From positions 7,323 to 71,322 of the forward strand of contig CBFGVN010000001.1 of the NCBI GenBank assembly GCA_965651845.1: a DNA stretch of 64,000 nt, in the 5' to 3' direction. Both the position numbers and the translations under genes were made by a program. The notes beneath the pieces were generated by a model. The model searched no databases and was not told the DNA's origin. It was given only the letters and a program-made list of their open reading frames with translations. Shown piece by piece: positions 56,836 to 64,000 of this stretch. Within the stretch, counting starts at the first letter, position 1. Every line of letters starts with the position of its first letter. This stretch comes from an uncultured Chryseobacterium sp. (lineage in GTDB: Bacteria; Bacteroidota; Bacteroidia; Flavobacteriales; Weeksellaceae).

Positions 56836-57258
56836 TTATCTATAAACTAAAATATCCTTTACAATTTTCTTTTCGAAGAAATTCTTTTCACTTACGGTAA
56901 AACGATAATTGTGCTCCTGCTCAAAAAACTCTATCGGAGTGGTTGGCGCATCGTCTGCTTTCCAGGTAATGACTAAAGTAACTTCATTCGCAGAATTGAT
57001 GTCCTTATCAGAAAATCTGAATAATGTGCCTGGTAAAGGGTTGCTTGGATTGTCTTTTAGGTCGGATTTTGCTTTTTTGGGATGCATCTGAGCCATATCT
57101 TTTAAAAGTAATGAAAAAGGTTTCCCAATATATTTTTCCTTGTTTGTTTCAAATTTTTTGGCATAAGCAAGCGTATCGCTGACAGTCTTCTGTGCTTTTA
57201 ATATTCCATTTAAAAATAATAAAAGAGTAACCAGGATGATATTTATCTGTATTTTCAT
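56836..57258 (-). CDS. Secreted hypothetical protein
   Basis: Signal MKIQINIILVTLLLFLNGILKA-Q; KEKYIGKPFSLLLKDM; stop codon abuts the pth stop. Confidence 0.65.
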   Translation of the reverse strand: MKIQINIILVTLLLFLNGILKAQKTVSDTLAYAKKFETNKEKYIGKPFSLLLKDMAQMHPKKAKSDLKDNPSNPLPGTLFRFSDKDINSANEVTLVITWKADDAPTTPIEFFEQEHNYRFTVSEKNFFEKKIVKDILVYR

Positions 57259-57364
57259 GAGTTTATCTGCAACATTTTTGAATATCAAAAGTAATCAAAT
57301 TGCTTTAGCTAAAAACATAATTAATATATAAATGACACAAATATTTTTCACAAATAACTGTTAT

Positions 57365-57405
57365 AGATTCTTCACTTTACTTTCGCTCCGTTCTGAATGA
57401 CATCG
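57365..57405. repeat. Degenerate half-element of the TGTCAT(C/T)C(T/A)GA palindromic family
   Basis: agattcttcactttactttcgctccgttctgaatgacatcg resembles agatccttcgactgcttcgtgctcaggatgacatcg at 18306. Confidence 0.55.
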
Positions 57406-57544
57406 TGGTAAATATTTCGTTTTTTAATTAAACAAAAAAGACCACCTCAATGGATGGTCTTCAGATGTACTTTTAAAGATTTAATTTCCAATCTATCTAA
57501 CTATAACATATTTATCTAGATCTTTGGAGCTGGTTGTTTCTTTT

Positions 57545-58180
57545 CTACAACCAGGTTACGGCGCCTGTTTCAACGTCATAATTGGCTCCTACGATTTTTA
57601 TTTTACCTTCTTCTTCAAGGTTTTTCAATGTTGAACTCTGCTTACGAATGTCTTCGATTGCATTTTTTACGTTTTGCTGGTTCAGTCTTTCCAGCAGAGA
57701 ACTGTTTTTAGAAGAACGCTCTTCACCTTCTTCGATCACTTCAGCGATGATCGGGTCAAAATGATTGATCAGGTGGTTCAGGTTATCCATTCCCATTCCT
57801 TCGATTTGTGCTGCATCCAGTCCGCCTTTCAAAGCGCCGCATTTCGTATGTCCTAAAACTACGATAAGCTTAGAGCCTGCAACGTTGCATCCGAACTCCA
57901 TAGAGCCCAAAATATCCTGGTTCACAAAATTTCCCGCAATTCTGATACTGAAAACATCTCCCAGTCCCTGATCAAAGATAAGCTCCGCAGAAGTACGGCT
58001 GTCGATACAGCTTAAAATCACTGCAAATGGCCATTGCCCCTCACGCGTGGCGTTTACCTGCTCCAAAAGGTCTCTGTTTGCCTTAAGATTGTTTACAAAT
58101 CTTTGGTTTCCTTCTTTTAAAAAGTTTAAAGCTTTTTCCGGAGTAATGGTTGACTGAGTTTCATATGTGTGTGCTTTCAT
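57545..58180 (-). CDS. Beta-class carbonic anhydrase
   Basis: LKEGNQRF, SCIDSR, RIAGN, GHTKCGA. Confidence 0.93.
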   Translation of the reverse strand: MKAHTYETQSTITPEKALNFLKEGNQRFVNNLKANRDLLEQVNATREGQWPFAVILSCIDSRTSAELIFDQGLGDVFSIRIAGNFVNQDILGSMEFGCNVAGSKLIVVLGHTKCGALKGGLDAAQIEGMGMDNLNHLINHFDPIIAEVIEEGEERSSKNSSLLERLNQQNVKNAIEDIRKQSSTLKNLEEEGKIKIVGANYDVETGAVTWL

Positions 58181-58228
58181 AATTTATTTTGAATGTTTTT
58201 TATTAAAGTTAAAAATTTATTTTTGAGC

Positions 58229-59821
58229 TTACATAGCTCTTCTGTGGGTAACCAAAATATGAGAATCTTCATCGGTTTCATAATCCCTGTAGGAAGTTTT
58301 GAAGCCTAGAAGTTCTACCTCAATATCTTCTTCCTTCGCCCTGATATTGGCAAAATCCTGAATCATCTCCAGAACATCCGTCGCAATATAGGACGTGCCT
58401 CTCGCATCGATCGTCACGGTAGAATTTGGTTTGATATTTTTAAGTGTTTTTTTGATAGCTGCCTTGTTTAAGAATGAAACTTCCTCAGCAAGTTTGATAT
58501 TGATTCCGTCTGCATCATCTAATTTTTCTCGGCTTAAATAATAAGCACGCTTCATATTCCCCTGAAGAATGTAGAAAATAGAGATCGCAAGACCAATTCC
58601 GACTCCTTTTAATAAATCTGTCGCCACAACAGCTACCACCGTTGCTACAAACGGAATAAACTGGAACTTTCCTAAATGCCAGAAATGCTTGAACGTCGCA
58701 GGTTTTGCCAATTTATAACCTACCAAAATCAGTACCGCCGCCAAAGTCGCCAATGGAATTAAATTTAAAACCACCGGAATTGAAAGGACACAGATCAACA
58801 ACAAAATCCCGTGAATGATCGTAGATGACTTTGATGTTGCCCCTGCATTTGCATTCGCTGAACTCCTTACCACCACCGAAGTCATCGGAAGACCACCGAT
58901 AAATGAACTGATGAGGTTACCGATTCCCTGAGCTTTTAGCTCCAGATTGGTATCTGTAATTCTTCTTTGCTGATCCAGCCTGTCGGATGCTTCAATACAA
59001 AGTAAGGTCTCAATCGATGCCACGATAGCAATCGTTGCTCCCACAATCCATACTTTTGGATTGGTAAATCCGGCGAAGTCGGGTAGTGTGATCAGATTTT
59101 TAAAATCGTCAACAGACTGAGGAACCGGCAATGAAACCAAGTGCTGGGATCCTATAGCTAATGAGCTGCCTGTCATTTTAAAGATTTCATTTAAAAGAAT
59201 TCCAGTAACTACGGCTACCAAAGCTCCGGGAAGCATTTTTATTCTTTTTAAAGCATGAACTTTATCCCAGGTGATCAAAATAGCCACTGAAACTAAAGTC
59301 ACAATAATTGCACCCGGATGAATCGCCCCGAATAGTTCATCGAAATATCCGAAATTCAATCCATTATCAAAAATTGACTGGTGTCCTTCGTAATCTTTAT
59401 CAAATCCCAAAGCGTGCGGAATTTGTTTTAAAATAATAATGATACCGATCGCGGCAAGCATTCCTTCAATCACATTATTCGGGAAATAATTGGAAATACT
59501 TCCTGCACGGACAAATCCTAAAATCAATTGAATAACCCCCGCAACAATCCCTGCGCAAAGGAAAAGCTCGAATGCGCCAAGATCTGTAATAGCTGTTAAG
59601 ACAATGGCCGTAAGACCTGCAGCCGGCCCTGAAACCGATATATTCGAATTACTGAGCGTTCCTACGACTATACCGCCCACTATTCCTGCAATAACGCCGG
59701 ACAATGGTGGAGCACCTGATGCTAATGCAATTCCTAAACATAAAGGAAGTGCGACTAAAAATACTACGAGTCCTGAAGGGAAATTCTCCTTAATTCCTCC
59801 TATTAATGATGTTTTTTTCAT
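58229..59821 (-). CDS. SulP/SLC26 family anion (probably bicarbonate) transporter
   Basis: VALPLCLGIA, SGPAAG, ASIETLL, ELKAQGIGN, GGLPMTSVVVRS; STAS-like tail. Confidence 0.92.
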   Translation of the reverse strand: MKKTSLIGGIKENFPSGLVVFLVALPLCLGIALASGAPPLSGVIAGIVGGIVVGTLSNSNISVSGPAAGLTAIVLTAITDLGAFELFLCAGIVAGVIQLILGFVRAGSISNYFPNNVIEGMLAAIGIIIILKQIPHALGFDKDYEGHQSIFDNGLNFGYFDELFGAIHPGAIIVTLVSVAILITWDKVHALKRIKMLPGALVAVVTGILLNEIFKMTGSSLAIGSQHLVSLPVPQSVDDFKNLITLPDFAGFTNPKVWIVGATIAIVASIETLLCIEASDRLDQQRRITDTNLELKAQGIGNLISSFIGGLPMTSVVVRSSANANAGATSKSSTIIHGILLLICVLSIPVVLNLIPLATLAAVLILVGYKLAKPATFKHFWHLGKFQFIPFVATVVAVVATDLLKGVGIGLAISIFYILQGNMKRAYYLSREKLDDADGINIKLAEEVSFLNKAAIKKTLKNIKPNSTVTIDARGTSYIATDVLEMIQDFANIRAKEEDIEVELLGFKTSYRDYETDEDSHILVTHRRAM

Positions 59822-59964
59822 GATGTAAAGCTGTGTAATATAACAGATCTATTAGTCCTTCAATAAATCAATTATAAAAGATTGGAAATTTAATTTTTAA
59901 AGTACATGTGTATTCAATATCAAAACTGATATGAATAATTATCAAAAAAAATCTAACTTTAAAA

Positions 59965-60270
59965 TTAAGCTTCCGGAGGCGGAGAAAATATAGTAAGTAA
60001 AGGTGACAGATGAAAGGAATCATCTACCAGTACGAAAGATTTGCCTTCGATGGAAGGTTCAAAAAACTTCAGATAATCGAAAACATCCAAAGGTTTTGGA
60101 AGTGTCTTTTCGTAAACAATAAAAGAGGACGGGTGAGAATGCGGCTCTTCTTCATTGATCACTACATTCGTTCTTGTAAGATCCCAGCCGAATACGGAAG
60201 CAATACCAGGTAATGCCGTAAAGTTTAGGAAAAACAATAATGTAATAATACTCCAGAATTTCATTTTCAT
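59965..60270 (-). CDS. Small exported protein with EEEPHSH and C-terminal IFSPPP motifs
   Basis: N-terminal hydrophobic helix; same strand as, and between, can and sulP. Confidence 0.7.
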   Translation of the reverse strand: MKMKFWSIITLLFFLNFTALPGIASVFGWDLTRTNVVINEEEPHSHPSSFIVYEKTLPKPLDVFDYLKFFEPSIEGKSFVLVDDSFHLSPLLTIFSPPPEA

Positions 60271-60292
60271 TCTCTTTTTTAAAGAAAAAACT

Positions 60293-60961
60293 TTAGTTTT
60301 TCTTTCTGCTCATCACCCAATCCGAACTTGTAAGGTTGTAGATCTTTTGGATGTCTTTCAAGATCTTTTCGAAATCAATCTCCAGATCAATAATCTTACC
60401 TGTTCTAAGGTCGAATACCCAGCCATGAACAACAGGAAACTCTTCTAAGATGTATCGCTCCTGTACACAAGCCATTTTCACCACGTTAATACACTGCTCC
60501 TGAACGTTGAGTTCTACAAGTCGGTCATAACGTTTTGCTTCATCTTCGATAGCGTCCAGCTCAGCCTGGTGTAATCTGTAAACATCGCGAATGTTTCTCA
60601 GCCATGGGTTTAATAATCCTAAATCCTGAGGCGTCATCGCTGCTTTTACACCACCGCAGTTGTAATGTCCGCAGACAATAATGTGATTCACTCTCAGATG
60701 TTCCACGGCGTATTGAATAACGGCTGTAGAACTCATATCCAAAGTATTGACCACATTGGCAATGTTTCTGGTTACAAAAACTTCGCCGGGTTTCGTCCCC
60801 ATAAGCTCTTCTGCCGTAACTCTGCTGTCCGAACATCCGATATACAGATAATCAGGATGCTGAGTTTTTGCCAGTTCATGGAAGAAATTAGGATCTTCTG
60901 CAAGCTTGGACTCTACCCATTTTCTGTTGTTTTCAAAAATAACTTTGTACGACTGTGACAT
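60293..60961 (-). CDS. can: Beta-class carbonic anhydrase (Can/YadF type)
   Basis: IGCSDSRV, RNIANVV, IQYAV, GHYNCGGV, LVELNV. Confidence 0.93.
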   Translation of the reverse strand: MSQSYKVIFENNRKWVESKLAEDPNFFHELAKTQHPDYLYIGCSDSRVTAEELMGTKPGEVFVTRNIANVVNTLDMSSTAVIQYAVEHLRVNHIIVCGHYNCGGVKAAMTPQDLGLLNPWLRNIRDVYRLHQAELDAIEDEAKRYDRLVELNVQEQCINVVKMACVQERYILEEFPVVHGWVFDLRTGKIIDLEIDFEKILKDIQKIYNLTSSDWVMSRKKN

Positions 60962-61242
60962 AATTTTAATTTGGTTTTATAATTATTTATTTCGTTTAAA
61001 TTATTTTTAAAATCAATAGACTAAATCGATAATACAAAAATAAAGATTTTACGGAAAATGCAACTACTTTTAACAAAGTTTAATATTAAAATATGCTTAA
61101 AATCATAATTAATAAAGCACAAAAGTTGTTTTTTCTAAAATGTTTTGATGTAATTGTAATTTAAACTTAAAAAAATAAGGATAAAATTACAGAAATGATA
61201 GTAAAATAATAAAGATTTTTCCTAAACTCTGGAACCCGAACC

Positions 61243-61800
61243 TCAAACTTTATTATTAATATATCCCTCCGTCGCATCTTCGGCTGGGAAAATTTTAGCT
61301 GGATTTCCCAATACGACGGAATTTTCAGGAACATCAAAATTAACATAGGAATTCGGACCAATAAGAACATTGTTTCCGATGCTGATAGCGCCGACAATCA
61401 CTGCATTTGTGCCGATCCAGACTTGATTGCCAATGATAGGATAACCTGCATTTTTCCCGCGGTTTTGCTGTCCGATGGTGACACCCTGTGCAATATTGCA
61501 GTTTTTCCCGATTTTTGCCTTAGGATTTATCACCAAACTTCCCCAATGTCCCAGGTAAAAACCTTCTCCGATCTCCGTTTCGGGGTAGATCTGGAAACCG
61601 TATTTGATCTGATGGCGTCTTAGAACCAACCGCCAGAAAAGTCCGGGTAAAGATTTTTTCTTATATTTTTGGGTTTGTCTTAAAATATAGATGAAATGAA
61701 GGTTGGGGTTAATACATTTTGCCCAAATTTCAAAGGTGGAAAGCCACTTTCCGCTTTCCCGGTAAAAATCTTTTTGAAGCGTAGAATATTGATCTGCCAT
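61243..61800 (-). CDS. Serine acetyltransferase-like hexapeptide O-acetyltransferase (polysaccharide locus)
   Basis: IGEGFYLGH, IGKNCNIAQGVTIG, PIIGNQVWIG, LGNPAK. Confidence 0.85.
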   Translation of the reverse strand: MADQYSTLQKDFYRESGKWLSTFEIWAKCINPNLHFIYILRQTQKYKKKSLPGLFWRLVLRRHQIKYGFQIYPETEIGEGFYLGHWGSLVINPKAKIGKNCNIAQGVTIGQQNRGKNAGYPIIGNQVWIGTNAVIVGAISIGNNVLIGPNSYVNFDVPENSVVLGNPAKIFPAEDATEGYINNKV

Positions 61801-61846
61801 ACAACAAATGTAAGAAATCTGCGGTTTTCAGATAGATTAATTTTAA

Positions 61847-62998
61847 TTATAATTCGTCTAAAATTGAAGTGATTGTATTCACTGAATTCTCCAGGTTGAA
61901 AGGCATTTCGTAATCTTTCAGCTTTTCCGAATATTTTTCAAATGATTCGGGTTGAGTCAACGCTTTTTTCATTCCGTCATAAATTCCGTCTTCGGAGTTT
62001 TCTACAACAAGACCTAATTCCCCATTGCTTAGCATTTCATTAGCACCGGAAACTTCAGTGGAAATTATTCTTTTTTTTAAGGTAATTGCTTCAAAAAGTA
62101 CCGTCGGAAAGCCTTCGTATCTCGAACTTAACATATAAAAATCCGCATTTTTAAAATAAGGATAAGGATTATCTGTAAAGCCGAGCATCGTCGCTGTTTC
62201 ATCGACACCAAGATCTGATTTTAATTTTTTAATATTTTCAAAATCATAACCGTCGCCAACGATTAGAACTTTATGTTTAAAGCCCTCATCCAGAAGTTTT
62301 TTATGCACTTTTAATAATCTGTCGAACCCTTTTTGTGGGAATACAGTCCCAACAGAAATAAAAGTGGGAACAGAGTGGTCGAATTCATATTTCAAAACAG
62401 GCTGATCTGCTTTGGCAATAAATTCTTCCGTATCCAAAGGATTATAAATTTTTACGATTTTTTGTTTTTCCGTTTCGTTTTTAGCTAAACTATGGAAAAG
62501 ATGTTCAATTTTTTCCGAAATCACCATGATTTTATCAAAACCGAAAAACTTCCTGATTTCATCATTGGTATAGCCTTTCACTTGGGAAAGATCATTATGA
62601 ATCCAGACTATTTTTTTTGAGCTTTTTAAAGGAGATCCTAAAATTTCGTCCCGCATTCCATGAATTGCCGCAAACTCAATGTCGTATTTTTTATTCTTTA
62701 ATTTTCCTTTGTATAAAAGATTCGGAAATTTTTTTAATATCCCCTGATACAATACTCTAGCCGCCTTTCTGGGAATTTCATGAGGGCGGTTGGTCGTAAT
62801 CATTTCTCCTTTGTTGAGGTATAAAATATTAATCCATTTTGGAACTTCAGGTAAGTATTTTCCGGAATAAAGATTTAATAATAAATCGATTTCGTCCTTG
62901 TCTTGAGGTAGATTATTCAGAAAGGTCACCAATACTTTTTCTGCACCGCCGTGTCGCAGAGAACCTATACGGATGAGTATTTTCTTTTTTTCAGACAT
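61847..62998 (-). CDS. GT4 family glycosyltransferase
   Basis: GGAEKV, WIHND, QKGFDRL, SSRYEGFPTVLFEA. Confidence 0.9.
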   Translation of the reverse strand: MSEKKKILIRIGSLRHGGAEKVLVTFLNNLPQDKDEIDLLLNLYSGKYLPEVPKWINILYLNKGEMITTNRPHEIPRKAARVLYQGILKKFPNLLYKGKLKNKKYDIEFAAIHGMRDEILGSPLKSSKKIVWIHNDLSQVKGYTNDEIRKFFGFDKIMVISEKIEHLFHSLAKNETEKQKIVKIYNPLDTEEFIAKADQPVLKYEFDHSVPTFISVGTVFPQKGFDRLLKVHKKLLDEGFKHKVLIVGDGYDFENIKKLKSDLGVDETATMLGFTDNPYPYFKNADFYMLSSRYEGFPTVLFEAITLKKRIISTEVSGANEMLSNGELGLVVENSEDGIYDGMKKALTQPESFEKYSEKLKDYEMPFNLENSVNTITSILDEL

Positions 62999-63561
62999 TA
63001 TTTTTTCACAGGTTTATATTTGTGAGGGAGATGTTCTTTAATATACGCTTCAAGTTTTGGTCTGTCCTTTTCCAGTTCACGAGGATACATCACATTGTTT
63101 GCCAGTAATTTGTCACCATATTCTTCAATCGTACAGATATATTTTGCAGGAACACCTGCGTACACCGTTCCGCTTGGCATAGATGTCGTAAGAATAGAGC
63201 CCGCACCCAATACACAGTTATCTCCCATTTCCACACCCAGCATAATGATTGTATCTGCTCCGATAAGACATTGCTTGCCGATTTTTATCCTTCCGAAAGT
63301 TCTTACATCTTTATATTTATCAAAAAAGTGTAAGGCATTTTGACCGCCATCATGGTTTACAAATCTTACATTGTTGGAAAAAGTGGTTTCCTCACCAATT
63401 TCTATTAAAAAACATTCTGTTCCGAATTGGGGAACTTCCACAAAGCGAACATTTTTACCCACTTTTAAGCCTTTTGCAAGACAGATTTTAAGGTAAATTT
63501 TCTGTATCATAAACTGATACGTGGTGTGAATCTTCAGAATAGCGCGGTATAATAAAAGCAT
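62998..63561 (-). CDS. Hexapeptide-repeat acyltransferase
   Basis: LIEIGEE, NHDGG, IKIGKQCLIG, VYAGVPAK. Confidence 0.85.
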   Translation of the reverse strand: MLLLYRAILKIHTTYQFMIQKIYLKICLAKGLKVGKNVRFVEVPQFGTECFLIEIGEETTFSNNVRFVNHDGGQNALHFFDKYKDVRTFGRIKIGKQCLIGADTIIMLGVEMGDNCVLGAGSILTTSMPSGTVYAGVPAKYICTIEEYGDKLLANNVMYPRELEKDRPKLEAYIKEHLPHKYKPVKK

Positions 63562-63563
63562 AT

Positions 63564-64000
63564 TTATTTTTTTGAAAGATTGATGATAATATCTTCAACA
63601 GCATTAAAAATTTTCTGATTGTCGAATTGTTTTTCAATATCCTTTAAATTGTCATTGATCTGAGAAACCAATTCAGGATCTGTAAGGAATTTTTTCATCG
63701 ATTCGTACATTTCTTCGGTTTCGTAATTGATGAGGTAACCTGTCTTCCCATGCTCGATCATTTCAGGAATTCCTCCCACGTTTGTTGAGATGATAGGCTT
63801 CTGAAGGATAAGAGTATCGGCAATAATCAATGGCCAGCCTTCGGACTCGGACGGGAGAATGAAAAAATCTGCGTTTTTCACATACGGATAAGGATTCATT
63901 GACGAACCAAGTAATTTGAAACTCTCCGTTACCCCAAGATTTTCTGCCTGTTTTTTCAAATTTTCCATCTCTTCGCCATCTCCGATAACAATGATATGGT
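63564..64000 (-). CDS. GT4 family glycosyltransferase, C-terminal part; 5' end outside window
   Basis: IGDGEE, NPYPY, PSESEGWPL, STNVGGIPEM; frame open to the window edge. Confidence 0.85.
   Translation of the reverse strand, partial: HIIVIGDGEEMENLKKQAENLGVTESFKLLGSSMNPYPYVKNADFFILPSESEGWPLIIADTLILQKPIISTNVGGIPEMIEHGKTGYLINYETEEMYESMKKFLTDPELVSQINDNLKDIEKQFDNQKIFNAVEDIIINLSKK

Noticed and set aside
1-64000. CRISPR array, tRNA, rRNA, riboswitch, IS transposase
   Set aside because: No regularly spaced direct repeats, cloverleaf, rRNA-like or recognisable riboswitch sequence, and no transposase ORF seen by eye. A covariance-model scan was not run.

Overview
AT-rich Bacteroidota chromosome segment, most consistent with Chryseobacterium/Weeksellaceae. 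Evidence: TAnnTTTG -7 promoter elements, T9SS type-B cargo, xrtF, and Bacteroidota-type rho and dnaB. Mostly core genes: cdsA-psd, MsbA-like ABC exporter, rho, sodA, AmgK/RapZ-C/MurU/LOG operon, xrtF pair, asd, nadB-nadC, rnhA-dnaB, mfd, pth, a carbonic anhydrase-SulP cluster and the end of a polysaccharide locus. Several surface-protein clusters sit among them. No rRNA, tRNA, CRISPR array, integrase or transposase was recognised. Main observations: (1) DnaB ends in an SSB-like acidic tip (MNDFDDDDDFPF) and lies directly upstream of rnhA. (2) An operon of three divergent secreted fibre-like paralogues (candidate heterotrimer) is followed by two paralogous surface lipoproteins. (3) A divergent secreted nuclease / TonB receptor / DUF5689 lipoprotein cluster is a candidate extracellular-DNA uptake locus. 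(4) Five T9SS type-B adhesin-like genes show shuffled head and tail modules and have no adjacent PorP/SprF gene. (5) A signal-peptide, His-containing, Pro-Pro-ending small ORF lies upstream of SulP-carbonic anhydrase and is a candidate arrest peptide. (6) Several families of palindromic REP/MITE-like intergenic repeats occur, including a 97-bp inverted pair around a 2-kb divergent segment. All family assignments were made by eye from motifs; no searches were run.
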